A stretch of 64,000 bases of DNA from Escherichia phage EcS1: sequence record NC_055721.1, one strand, 5' to 3'. Each line of letters starts with the position of its first letter. The first letter of the stretch is position 1. The notes below the pieces were generated by a model. That model searched no databases and was not told where the DNA came from. It saw only the letters and a program-made list of their open reading frames with translations. Both the position numbers and the translations under genes were made by a program. Shown piece by piece: positions 46,486 to 55,771 of this stretch.

Positions 46486-46716
46486 TTTTAATATCAGGGC
46501 GACCCATTTTACTCATAATAAGTTTAAGCAAATCACCTTCGTTAAAAGATGAACTACTACAACACGAAGCATGAGGTGTGAGATCGTCATCATTTTAATC
46601 CTCGAAATCAATTTTAATATCAGGGCGACCCATTTTACTCATAATAAGTTTAAGCAAATCACCTTCGTTAAAAGATGAACTACTACAACACGAAGCATGA
46701 GGTGTGAGATCGTCAT
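46465..46716. repeat. perfect 126-bp tandem duplication (2 copies)
   Basis: 46465-46590 and 46591-46716 are identical base for base; the unit spans the 3' end of ORF 46595-46852 and the start of ORF 45961-46485. Confidence 0.9.
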
Positions 46717-46852
46717 ATTCTACGCCATCAATTATAATGTTGTATCCTTCGGCATCGTTACTACAGCCTAATTCGCATTCACTATAATCATAAAGTTTCT
46801 GTACTTTAATATTCATCATTGTCCTCAAAAGCAGAAGGTTTAGCAATACCAA
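46595..46852 (-). CDS. hypothetical Cys-containing protein
   Basis: 85-aa ORF; C-terminal about 40 codons lie in copy 2 of the tandem repeat. Confidence 0.4.
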   Translation of the reverse strand: MVLLNLLLLRTMMNIKVQKLYDYSECELGCSNDAEGYNIIIDGVEYDDLTPHASCCSSSSFNEGDLLKLIMSKMGRPDIKIDFED

Positions 46853-47219
46853 TCAGACACACTATACCGCCTACAATAGATATAGACCATAATATAACAC
46901 CACCAAAGAACCAGATAAGATTCTCCATAGGAGTTTGCTTAATGTCCATAGGGCGTAAATCAAATACGACCTTTTCACCAACCTTCAATTGAGAATAAGT
47001 AGAAGGTTTTAGGCGCAAATCGAAATAAACATTATCTTCTGTTTTAAAAACACCAATAAATTCCGTACTCGCATATCGCCCTGTTCCTTGTCCTGAATAG
47101 AGTTGAGTTGTTTCTACAGTATATGACTTCTCGGACATGTAATCATTGTTATGACTAAATGTAAACATTACGCTGATAATGATACATAAAGCAATTAAGA
47201 ACTTAGAGCGAGTTGTCAT
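46806..47219 (-). CDS. membrane protein
   Basis: 137 aa; N- and C-terminal hydrophobic segments. Confidence 0.4.
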   Translation of the reverse strand: MTTRSKFLIALCIIISVMFTFSHNNDYMSEKSYTVETTQLYSGQGTGRYASTEFIGVFKTEDNVYFDLRLKPSTYSQLKVGEKVVFDLRPMDIKQTPMENLIWFFGGVILWSISIVGGIVCLIGIAKPSAFEDNDEY

Positions 47220-47452
47220 TTTAATTCCTTCACAAATTTATGGTGACATTCACGACATTTCATTTTAAGGACTGGAGTTGACCAGTCCACTAATTGTACT
47301 TGCATAGTACCACACTTTGGGCATGGTGTTACTTGCTTACAGGCTGCTTCACGCCTGTCTACCATTGCAATAGTAGCACCCCAGTCGATTTCAAATACTT
47401 CTTCATCGCCTAAAGCTTCTAACTTATCGATTAAATTCTGTGTCTTAGGCAA
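47216..47452 (-). CDS. zinc-ribbon protein
   Basis: 78 aa; CPKCG...CRECHH. Confidence 0.4.
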   Translation of the reverse strand: MPKTQNLIDKLEALGDEEVFEIDWGATIAMVDRREAACKQVTPCPKCGTMQVQLVDWSTPVLKMKCRECHHKFVKELK

Positions 47453-48491
47453 TTAACACCTCGATAGCATTTTTCAGCACATCGCGTTGAACTAAAAGAT
47501 TTGCATCTTGATGCGCAAGTTTTTGCAAACGCTTTTCAATTTCAATACGTTCTTGGCCATTTTTCTCTAGCTTGTCATCAATAGTCTTAATTGATGCACG
47601 CATCAAATTAGCATGATGAATTTCAATTTTAACTTCTTGCGGGTCGAAAGTATTAAATGACGCTGGTGTAGCTAATGAGCTTGCAGTGTAAGTTCCTGAC
47701 ATTTCTTTTGACACGGTATCGCCTTTTGGTGAAAGAATAAAGTCTGCACTATGTATATTGCGTTTATCGTATTGTTCTATTGTGCAAATATCAAGTTGAG
47801 TGAAAGCATTATATAACTGAGCAGCAAAACGGTCGCGAATTCTGGTGTAATTGTAAGCACTTTGGTCTTTATAATTACGAGCCTGAATCCGACAACGAAT
47901 CTGAGTGCCTTCAACAGTAAAGATAACACTTGTCATGTATTTGTTAGAAGGAGACTCAGTTCTAGTGTATGGCAAAATTTGACGGTCTTCACCTTCGACC
48001 AGTCGAGAGCCTTGCTCAAGAAGCCATTTAAGATTCAAATGCAAATTACCACATACGGTTTCAATATGAGATGGAGCTTGAGTAGATGGAGAAACCATAA
48101 AACGATTAGTAAAACTAACACCCTTACCATATTTTAAATTAACAATAGGCTTCAATTTATAATCTTTCAACTTGCATTGTGCTTTAATAGCACCTGCAGC
48201 ACGTGAACGACATAATGCTTTATAGAAGCCTTCAGCAGTATTACCAATTGAATGAAACTCAATCTTAGGTTTGAACTTATGAATAATAGGAAAATCTTCA
48301 GCAACTTTATTGATGAATGTAGCGCCAATGAAAGCTTGAGAAGAACTATTAGCCAAAGGTTTGAACATAGTCTCCATATCTGCATCAAGAGGATATTCAA
48401 TTTTCAATTGATTCGCCATTGGCCCACGAAGAATAAAACGCAAAGTGTCTAGTACATATTGACGCATTTCTTTAGAAGTTTTAATAATCAT
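47445..48491 (-). CDS. hypothetical protein with C-terminal coiled coil
   Basis: 348-aa ORF. Confidence 0.45.
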   Translation of the reverse strand: MIIKTSKEMRQYVLDTLRFILRGPMANQLKIEYPLDADMETMFKPLANSSSQAFIGATFINKVAEDFPIIHKFKPKIEFHSIGNTAEGFYKALCRSRAAGAIKAQCKLKDYKLKPIVNLKYGKGVSFTNRFMVSPSTQAPSHIETVCGNLHLNLKWLLEQGSRLVEGEDRQILPYTRTESPSNKYMTSVIFTVEGTQIRCRIQARNYKDQSAYNYTRIRDRFAAQLYNAFTQLDICTIEQYDKRNIHSADFILSPKGDTVSKEMSGTYTASSLATPASFNTFDPQEVKIEIHHANLMRASIKTIDDKLEKNGQERIEIEKRLQKLAHQDANLLVQRDVLKNAIEVLIA

Positions 48492-48593
48492 TTTCTCACC
48501 TTACTGGCGCAGCCAGTATCTATTATCGTCGGATTTAAATAGGCCTTAACTAAAAGACCTTGATTCATTATACCGTACTCTTTATTAAAGCAA

Positions 48594-49406
48594 TTAGGCC
48601 TCATTAAACACTACTGAAGAAGGACGTTTGAAGAAAGAATGAGTGTTATCATCTTTAGCATGTTCAAACGTTGCTTTGAATTCGATTTCACCACGATAAT
48701 CAGCTGGAACTGCCTTTGGCAGAGAACCATAAACCGTGGCACCATTTTCTAAACGAACTGTCATCTTAAAGACAGGACCGTAGATATCCATCCAATCTTT
48801 AACTGAGACAACAATTCCTTTCACCACTAATTTACCCACAGGAGCTTCGCCTTTGTTGGCTTTCAATGATTCATAATAGTTATTGAACCATTGTTCAGAG
48901 TGTGCCTGAATCGCTTTCAGGATGTTCTTGTGGGCTCTTACTTCAACCATACCCACACGAGTTTCACCTAAGTCCCATAGTTTGTATGGAGCTTTCATTT
49001 CAATAAAGTTGAATGCTTTAAGTTCTAAGTACATATTAAAAGTTAAGCGCAGCTTCCACCAACCATGATCGCCTGTGTACTCAGGTTTATCCATTGACTC
49101 AAGTTCAGTAACATATGGAAGATAACTACCAGCATGATATGCTTCAACTTCACCTAATTCATTTTCCCACAAGTAGCCATCAAATGGAGCATGTGGACGA
49201 TCATCTTTACCCCAAGTAGGGCTAACACAACGATCAAATGAATCACGGCCATATTTTGATTTAGTCCAACCTGCATTTAATTCATATGCACGTTGTTCAA
49301 CACGTTTTCGTTGAGCTCTGTAAGCTGCACGATTTTCTTCGATTAAATCAGAAACGATTTTAGTTAGCATTTTATTCTCCTTGTTGGTGTAGGAGCATAA
49401 TACCAC
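48594..49406 (-). CDS. hypothetical protein
   Basis: 270-aa ORF; likely start MLTKIV at about 49369 with GGAG upstream. Confidence 0.45.
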   Translation of the reverse strand: MVLCSYTNKENKMLTKIVSDLIEENRAAYRAQRKRVEQRAYELNAGWTKSKYGRDSFDRCVSPTWGKDDRPHAPFDGYLWENELGEVEAYHAGSYLPYVTELESMDKPEYTGDHGWWKLRLTFNMYLELKAFNFIEMKAPYKLWDLGETRVGMVEVRAHKNILKAIQAHSEQWFNNYYESLKANKGEAPVGKLVVKGIVVSVKDWMDIYGPVFKMTVRLENGATVYGSLPKAVPADYRGEIEFKATFEHAKDDNTHSFFKRPSSVVFNEA

Positions 49407-49426
49407 GTTCCTACACCATTGTAAAC
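49385..49426 (-). promoter_or_regulatory. T4-type early promoter with embedded inverted repeat (PeSL-like)
   Basis: Coding strand GTTTAC-18-TATTAT; inverted repeat GGTGTAGGA.../...TCCTACACC, same arms as the 6640 site. Confidence 0.5.
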
Positions 49427-49428
49427 AC

Positions 49429-49635
49429 TTAGTTCACTACTATGTAAATCATCCATCCAGGCCAGAAGAACATCATAGACAGAGTCAATAGGTTACGTTT
49501 AAGTTTTTGATGCCATTCACGACACATGTGATCAGGCATACCTAAAGCCCAAGCACTAAGACACATGAAGTAAAAACCTGTGCCTAGATACACACATACA
49601 CCAAGGAAAATCAAAGCCATAATAATTGGAGTCAT
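49429..49635 (-). CDS. small membrane protein
   Basis: 68 aa, two hydrophobic segments. Confidence 0.4.
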   Translation of the reverse strand: MTPIIMALIFLGVCVYLGTGFYFMCLSAWALGMPDHMCREWHQKLKRNLLTLSMMFFWPGWMIYIVVN

Positions 49636-50000
49636 TAGTAAAAAGTCCTGTTTAAAGGTTCACCGGTGAACCAAGCTGAAGTCATCAGCTCTTGACCTTT
49701 AAGAGCAGTATCGCGTGATGCTACGATAACAATCTTTCTTGCATCAAGAAACTCTGTAGCCTTGATTTGAGCTCGGTCCATTTCGATAAGGTCTAAAGTG
49801 TTGCACTTTAACTTGAATCGCTTATGCTTTGGTTGGAACGAATTGTTCTCAAGTTCTTCATCTACGATAACCGAAGTAATCCATTTCTCGTTTTCATATT
49901 TGTCAATAGCTTTTTGCATTTCAGCCCTGAAATCTTCACGAGCCTCATTCAAAAAGTGTTCACATTGTCTAATGATTGAATCTGCAAAGTTCATTACCAA
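49635..50000 (-). CDS. hypothetical protein
   Basis: 121-aa ORF. Confidence 0.4.
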   Translation of the reverse strand: MVMNFADSIIRQCEHFLNEAREDFRAEMQKAIDKYENEKWITSVIVDEELENNSFQPKHKRFKLKCNTLDLIEMDRAQIKATEFLDARKIVIVASRDTALKGQELMTSAWFTGEPLNRTFY

Positions 50001-50159
50001 GGGTCCTTTTGTGAAAGTGGAATGTCATCAGCCCAGATAGACGCTATAGCAATTTCTTCGCCTTCAAGCAAGAGTTCAATGCGTAAAGTTGAATCCTTAT
50101 AGCTTGGAGACATGACATTGAAGCTTAAATTTTCTTTTAGATATTCTTTTAATTCTTCT

Positions 50160-50642
50160 TTAGTCATGAGAAACCTCTTTAGGGTGATACTTTAATTGTA
50201 AGGCATCATGGACCTTAATAGCTTCGACATAAATTGTTGAGACTGTGAAGTCATAAACCCATTGAACAATTTCTTTATCTTTAAGCATCCATGGCTTATA
50301 GAATGACCATACGTCTTGGTGCTGTTTAAAAACATGGTCCATCTCGCGACGTGCTTCACGAGCCCAATACAAGAACGTTCCGATAACTTGAGCCCAATAT
50401 TCAGGTCGAACACTAATATGAGCTGGGCCTAAGTGGTGCATCTTTTCAGTAACTAACAGTTCTCGCCAGGCGTTTCTGAGTTCACCCAGAACGTTTGGTT
50501 TTGTACCGTGATTAAACTTATACAGGTCTTCACAGATACGTACTGCAGCCTTCTCTGGCTTACCTTGTGGCTTCCCAGCGTAGATATGAGCTGGAGGATA
50601 GATGCTGGTGTTTTGGACCCAATTGTTCATTAAAATAGACAT
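50160..50642 (-). CDS. hypothetical protein
   Basis: 160-aa ORF. Confidence 0.4.
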   Translation of the reverse strand: MSILMNNWVQNTSIYPPAHIYAGKPQGKPEKAAVRICEDLYKFNHGTKPNVLGELRNAWRELLVTEKMHHLGPAHISVRPEYWAQVIGTFLYWAREARREMDHVFKQHQDVWSFYKPWMLKDKEIVQWVYDFTVSTIYVEAIKVHDALQLKYHPKEVSHD

Positions 50643-50733
50643 TAGTAACCACCATGAGGACTGTTATCATTGACGCCTTGACTCATTTTATAGAGCATGA
50701 AAGCAAAAGCTATTACTATAATCGATAATGAAG

Positions 50734-51225
50734 CTATAAGCATGTTTTCACCGTTTCGTTAGATTGGACACTGATATAATTATCAGAATACTTACGCTGC
50801 ATAATATAATCGTATGGGTCATCAATATCATAACGCATCCAGAATACGCCCATATTAACGTTATATGGGTCATTGCCAGAAGAACCAGTAGCACGTCCTA
50901 CATCACGACGAGAATAACGATGATGTCCATGTTGGTCATATGCTGTTTCGTAAGAAGTACCAGTGCCAGTGATACCTTCAATAGTGATTTCTTCACCGCC
51001 ATTAGTGATGAACTTAGCACCTTTAGCGAAATGATTTGGGTTACCATTTTCAGATGAGACCATCACGATAACATCTTCAATATTTGGGTCATCATTGTAT
51101 GTTCCAAGATGCCATACTGCTTGATATTGATTTTCTGCAGTAACCGTTGTGATTCGGAACTTCTCGTCCCATACGCCATTAACAAAACGTTTGAACTTAA
51201 TATCATATTTCACTAAAGCACTCAT
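50734..51225 (-). CDS. hypothetical protein
   Basis: 163-aa ORF. Confidence 0.4.
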   Translation of the reverse strand: MSALVKYDIKFKRFVNGVWDEKFRITTVTAENQYQAVWHLGTYNDDPNIEDVIVMVSSENGNPNHFAKGAKFITNGGEEITIEGITGTGTSYETAYDQHGHHRYSRRDVGRATGSSGNDPYNVNMGVFWMRYDIDDPYDYIMQRKYSDNYISVQSNETVKTCL

Positions 51226-51527
51226 GCTGGAACCTTTTTAGTTTTTAAACCATGAACTAAAACAATAATTGCTGCAATAGCACCACCCACCATAATCATT
51301 AACAATGGGTCAATAAAGAAACGTTCTAAAGCTTGATGCCATTCAAGCCATTCCATACGCATACGGAAGAAAGCCATGAATTGTTCACCTTCACGGTCAA
51401 TGAACAGATTCACTATCCACCAATAAGCAAATACAATTGTAGCCATTTTATTTTCCTCGCTTATACGAGTAGAAACGAGCCTGATAGTTATTATCGAAGA
51501 ACTGCCAACCTTGCCAGATTGCATCAT
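51222..51527 (-). CDS. membrane protein
   Basis: 101 aa, hydrophobic segments. Confidence 0.4.
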   Translation of the reverse strand: MMQSGKVGSSSIITIRLVSTRISEENKMATIVFAYWWIVNLFIDREGEQFMAFFRMRMEWLEWHQALERFFIDPLLMIMVGGAIAAIIVLVHGLKTKKVPA

Positions 51528-51654
51528 CAGGCTGAAGATTCAGTTCAAAGCCACCTTCTACTTTAGAGATTTCAGTTACGACTGCTGACCATTCAGCAAC
51601 CACTCCAAACCAAATTACATCACCAACTTTAACTTCATTGATAGGCTTTAACAT
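51448..51654 (-). CDS. hypothetical protein
   Basis: 68-aa ORF downstream of an early promoter cassette. Confidence 0.4.
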   Translation of the reverse strand: MLKPINEVKVGDVIWFGVVAEWSAVVTEISKVEGGFELNLQPDDAIWQGWQFFDNNYQARFYSYKRGK

Positions 51655-51671
51655 TTTATTCTCCGGTTCGT

Positions 51672-51713
51672 TTCAGTACAGCCATCATACCATGTACAAT
51701 GGCTGTTGTAAAC
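51672..51713 (-). promoter_or_regulatory. T4-type early promoter with embedded inverted repeat (PeSL-like)
   Basis: Coding strand GTTTAC-18-TATGAT; inverted repeat ACAGCCAT/ATGGCTGT flanks the -10. Confidence 0.45.
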
Positions 51714-52007
51714 TTATAAATTCACTAATCTTTCTCGATCACCACGCCAACTAAGATCAATAGGAATCTTGTGATAAGAAGCAATATCATTTCTATTAGC
51801 CAATAATTTAGAGACCTTAACTTGGGTGTCTTTAATCAATTCCTGAAGTCTTTCACTTGTGGCTGATGGGTTATATTCCTTTTCTATAAAAGAGTCCAGA
51901 ATCATCTTCTCAACTAACGATTTGAACTGTTCTTCAATAAGGTCCGATAAAGGACCTTTTTCGTATTGAGCTTTATTACCAAATACATCTTTACCAGTTT
52001 TAAGCAT
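51714..52007 (-). CDS. hypothetical protein
   Basis: 97-aa ORF. Confidence 0.4.
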   Translation of the reverse strand: MLKTGKDVFGNKAQYEKGPLSDLIEEQFKSLVEKMILDSFIEKEYNPSATSERLQELIKDTQVKVSKLLANRNDIASYHKIPIDLSWRGDRERLVNL

Positions 52008-52013
52008 AAATCC

Positions 52014-52992
52014 TCATTTCAACATTGTTACTTCAGCGATTTCCATCCAGTTATCATGGTCAGTAGCTACGAAGTCTGCTACATAAAGAGCCGTACGGAG
52101 TGAGACGTTACGAAGACGATTAACGTTAGACTTCATCCATTGTAAAGCTTCGATTGTTTCACTGTTTGATAAGCCACGTTTCTGCAACATATCTGTGTTC
52201 ATGATTACATCTTCAACGCGAACCATGATTTCTTCGTTTGAATGAACACCAAGGTCCAAATAAACAGAACGTGAAACCAGAGCTGCAAGATGTGGAGCAA
52301 GTTTAGAACCACGTTCTAATTCTTTGTCAACATCAACGTTAGTGATGAACACAACAGTTCCAGCAAATTCGAATTCTTTATCGATGTCTTTGTCATCAAG
52401 ATAAGACGAAGCAGTGCTCCAACAAACTTTACGAGTCTCACCAGTGTCTAAAGCAGCTTTCAGAAGGTTCAGGATATCCATGTCAGAGAAGATATCAACA
52501 TCATCAATCAGAAGCACATTACCTTCTTCTTTATTGTTCCAGAGTTGTTCGTAGAGACCGATACCTGAAATTTTGCCATTAATGCTTTTGAAAACAATAT
52601 CACCTTTTGCATCAGCACGTTTTAGAGCTTTCTCAAGGCTGTATGTCTTACCAATACCTGCAGCACCAGAGATGATTAAAGAACGAATGTTACCATTTAT
52701 GATACCAGTTGTCATCATGTTCATTACGTTAAAGCGCTTAGTGATACGAGCTTTCATTTCTTCAACTGATTCAACTTCCAGTGGAGAAGTTTCAACACCT
52801 TCCATTTCGATATCAGTTTTGAACACCCATACACCACGTTCTTTGCCATCGATTTGAACGAATACTTTGCCATCTCCCAAGTGTGCTTCATGAGCTGGAA
52901 CCATGTCCGGGAACCAAGTACGAGAAGCAATGTATTTACCAGAGATTTCGTTACCGCGGTAAGTACCTTTATTGATTTGAACGTTGAACATT
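52014..52992 (-). CDS. P-loop ATPase (AAA-like) with N-terminal unknown domain
   Basis: Walker A ISGAAGIGKTY, Walker B LLIDDVD; likely start ATG 52990-52992 (MFNVQINKG) with GGAG upstream. Confidence 0.5.
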
Positions 52993-53012
52993 TTATTTCT
53001 CCAAGTAAGTCT

Positions 53013-53057
53013 GTTTTGTTTCGATGTAGCTATAATAACATGTTTGAAGCAGATGTA
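53013..53057. repeat. 45-bp conserved upstream element, copy A (MotA-box-like TGCTTCA)
   Basis: Differs at one position from copy B at 53509-53553; lies upstream of ORF 52014-52992. Confidence 0.7.
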
Positions 53058-53062
53058 CACAC

Positions 53063-53491
53063 TTATTTGCAAAGATTCCACTGAATCAAAGTATATTTTT
53101 CGTTGTAACCAGCTTTTTCCATTTGAGCAGCAAATTCTTCAAAGTTTTTAGAAGATTCAAAGAAATTCACAGCCAATTTAGTAGGCTTAGCAACACGTTT
53201 TTCAGATTTAACTTCAACTGCTTTAACAACTTCAACCACTGGAGCTGATTCAATGATATCACATGAACCATCTGAATAACGAGCCCATACTTCGTTACCA
53301 ACTTTAAACATTGCTGCTTTACGACCGTTAGGCATTTCTACCATTTTACCTTTCAACTTAGTTACTTCAGTAATAACTTTGTCACCATACTCTTCAAAAC
53401 GATCTTTAGCCATTACGCCATCAGTAGAAGCAATCATTGGGAAGTTGAAATGGTAATAAGCAAAATTACGAATTGCATAATAAGTTTTCAT
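53063..53491 (-). CDS. hypothetical protein
   Basis: Likely start MKTYYAIRN at 53489-53491. Confidence 0.4.
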   Translation of the reverse strand: MKTYYAIRNFAYYHFNFPMIASTDGVMAKDRFEEYGDKVITEVTKLKGKMVEMPNGRKAAMFKVGNEVWARYSDGSCDIIESAPVVEVVKAVEVKSEKRVAKPTKLAVNFFESSKNFEEFAAQMEKAGYNEKYTLIQWNLCK

Positions 53492-53508
53492 TTTTAACTC
53501 CATTTACT

Positions 53509-53553
53509 TGTTTTGTTTCGATGCAGCTATAATAACATGTTTGAAGCAGATGT
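53509..53553. repeat. 45-bp conserved upstream element, copy B
   Basis: tgttttgtttcgatgcagctataataacatgtttgaagcagatgt; upstream of ORF 53063-53491. Confidence 0.7.
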
Positions 53554-53569
53554 GTACTTTTATTTTTGC

Positions 53570-53612
53570 AAATCTAAAAATAAATGCCCGAAAGGGACCA
53601 CAAAGGTCCCTT
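53570..53612 (-). terminator. rho-independent terminator
   Basis: A-rich run then gggacc-acaaa-ggtccc hairpin downstream of ORF 53615-53896. Confidence 0.5.
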
Positions 53613-53614
53613 TA

Positions 53615-53896
53615 TTAAGAGTGTTTATTAATCTGATTATGAGCTAGTTTTTTAGGTAAGAACCAAATAGCTTTAAACAAAGATACAATACCAATACAGA
53701 TAGCAATCCATAACCATAACGTCAAGAAGAACCAGAAATCAGTAGCTGTATCAACTACACCACGTTTAATCAGTTGACGAGTAATAATGTAGCCTACTAT
53801 AAAGTAGACAATAAGGATGAACCCAAATAATACCATAAGTGTTATACTCATATTTCGTCCCAATATAACTTGAACTCTATTTGATGACGAGCCCAT
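53615..53896 (-). CDS. membrane protein
   Basis: 93 aa with three hydrophobic segments. Confidence 0.4.
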   Translation of the reverse strand: MGSSSNRVQVILGRNMSITLMVLFGFILIVYFIVGYIITRQLIKRGVVDTATDFWFFLTLWLWIAICIGIVSLFKAIWFLPKKLAHNQINKHS

Positions 53897-54093
53897 CTTT
53901 TAAATTTACGAACTTGATTCTTAGTAGGTTTACAAGCAAACTTACTATTCACTCTGAAACCAGTTTCTCTGCAAACAGCTTCAAGATACCAACGTCTGCC
54001 TGTTCGAGGATGAGCTCTCCCGTAAGAGAGCCAGGTTTTCATTATACTATCTGTTGTAATAAGCATCATGGTTTTCAAGATAAACCTCTTCAA
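53848..54093 (-). CDS. hypothetical basic protein
   Basis: 81-aa ORF. Confidence 0.35.
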   Translation of the reverse strand: MKRFILKTMMLITTDSIMKTWLSYGRAHPRTGRRWYLEAVCRETGFRVNSKFACKPTKNQVRKFKRWARHQIEFKLYWDEI

Positions 54094-55060
54094 CGAATTT
54101 GTCCCAAAAGCTCATATCGACTTTAGAAGGCATACCGTTCTTGTGAGCCTGAACAGATAAACGCTCTACATCATCTACACAGATTTCTAACCATTCTTGA
54201 ACTTGTTTAAACGGAACAGTACCAGTTTTAACTTTAGTCAAGAATTCAGCATCTTTCAAAGGATATTTCAAGTCGCCAGTTGAATAGATTTCTTGAAGTT
54301 GAATACCACCACGTAATGCATGACTCAAAGCTTTCCAATCGATACCTTGGTTAGCTTCGGCCTTACGAGCACGTTCGCCATATTCGTCCCATAGTTTCAT
54401 GAGAGAATGTTTCATTTCTTTAATTGTGATAGTTGTCTGGAACTTACGGCCCAACACTTCATAGAAATGTTGTTGACCTGATTTATGGTCTGTAAACGTT
54501 GTCCATTCCAGGAATTCACCTAATGGAAGTTGAGAAGCAAAGTCAGACACACGCCAACGATCATTGATACCTTTCTGTTCTGGACGGTCAGAGTATTTCC
54601 ATTCAGGGATAGGTTCGATGACTTCGATTACTTTACGTAGGTCGGCCAGTCTTGAACCCTTTACACCATATTTCGCAGCTTGCTTACGGACATAACCAAG
54701 ATAGGCTTTCATGTCTGTCGTATAGAACTTGCTACGGTTGTCTTGGATAAACTTCCAGATATCAGGCAGGTCAGACTTAACTACAAGATTGCTAGGAGTA
54801 TGAAGCATGTCAAGAGCAACAGTTTCTCCTTCAGCAGCGAGTTTGAAGAAATACTTGAGAGAAAAGAGTTCATGGTCAACGTCATCTTTAGAGTTCTTAG
54901 AAGAACTGTTGTTAGTGTTCAAGTTAGTGTGATTCATTGCCTGGCACATCAAGATATCACGTGGATGTGGCACAAAGATTTCTTTATAGTCGACATCACT
55001 TTCTGGAGTAGATGTGCCATAAAGATGTGAGCCAAAATAACCTTTCATTACTGTTTTCAT
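54047..55060 (-). CDS. Pol-beta-superfamily nucleotidyltransferase
   Basis: 337 aa; N-terminal GSHLYGTSTPESDVDY fits the hG[GS]-x(9-13)-DxD NTase core. Confidence 0.5.
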   Translation of the reverse strand: MKTVMKGYFGSHLYGTSTPESDVDYKEIFVPHPRDILMCQAMNHTNLNTNNSSSKNSKDDVDHELFSLKYFFKLAAEGETVALDMLHTPSNLVVKSDLPDIWKFIQDNRSKFYTTDMKAYLGYVRKQAAKYGVKGSRLADLRKVIEVIEPIPEWKYSDRPEQKGINDRWRVSDFASQLPLGEFLEWTTFTDHKSGQQHFYEVLGRKFQTTITIKEMKHSLMKLWDEYGERARKAEANQGIDWKALSHALRGGIQLQEIYSTGDLKYPLKDAEFLTKVKTGTVPFKQVQEWLEICVDDVERLSVQAHKNGMPSKVDMSFWDKFVEEVYLENHDAYYNR

Positions 55061-55500
55061 AAGTAGATATGTTCCCGTTTAGCGAATTTAACCAGCTCAT
55101 TAGCTTGTTTAATCTTGCCTTCAATTTCAGCTTTATCTGTACTTTTTTTAGAAGTTACTTGAATATTTCCAATTTGCTTATACGTATAGAAATATTCTAC
55201 TTCATGCTGGTGATACATTTCGCCGTCAGGATGTTGTTCACGATTCACTACAGAACGCATCTTAGTTTCAATAATAGGCCAAACCGCCCAATCAGATGGA
55301 GTCTTAATGATTGCAACAGAGATTTTATATTTCTCATACTTGTAGTCATTAATATAACCTAAAATACGTGCAGCAGGATCCATCATCGCAAAACGAATAT
55401 CAGCATGACTTGCACGAGGCATTTGATTCACGATGCTCATTGTGAGCTTCTTTTTAGTCGTTACGATTTCAATATCCACGGATGAATTCCCATTGACCAT
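55057..55500 (-). CDS. hypothetical protein
   Basis: 147-aa ORF. Confidence 0.4.
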   Translation of the reverse strand: MVNGNSSVDIEIVTTKKKLTMSIVNQMPRASHADIRFAMMDPAARILGYINDYKYEKYKISVAIIKTPSDWAVWPIIETKMRSVVNREQHPDGEMYHQHEVEYFYTYKQIGNIQVTSKKSTDKAEIEGKIKQANELVKFAKREHIYL

Positions 55501-55771
55501 TATGATAACGAATCATTGACTCAGGGTCTAATCGACCTTCAGTCACAGAAGTATTGCCTGTAATAATATTATGCTTAACTTTAATTACTTCACCGTTTTC
55601 AAAAGTGAAAATAGCAATAGGGTAAAGAGATATTAAACCTCTTTCGACTGAAGCATTAAACACGGCCTTACGGTCGTTTACTACACAATTACTATATTCT
55701 TTAAGCATTTTGAAGTCCAAAGGCTGCAATAGCTGTGTTATCACGAGGGTTAACCATAGAAGCTTTGCCAC
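55469..55771 (-). CDS. hypothetical protein
   Basis: 100-aa ORF. Confidence 0.4.
   Translation of the reverse strand: MAKLLWLTLVITQLLQPLDFKMLKEYSNCVVNDRKAVFNASVERGLISLYPIAIFTFENGEVIKVKHNIITGNTSVTEGRLDPESMIRYHNGQWEFIRGY

Noticed and set aside
46465-46716. Possible CRISPR array
   Set aside because: Only two copies of a 126-bp unit with no spacers; it is a simple tandem duplication of coding sequence.
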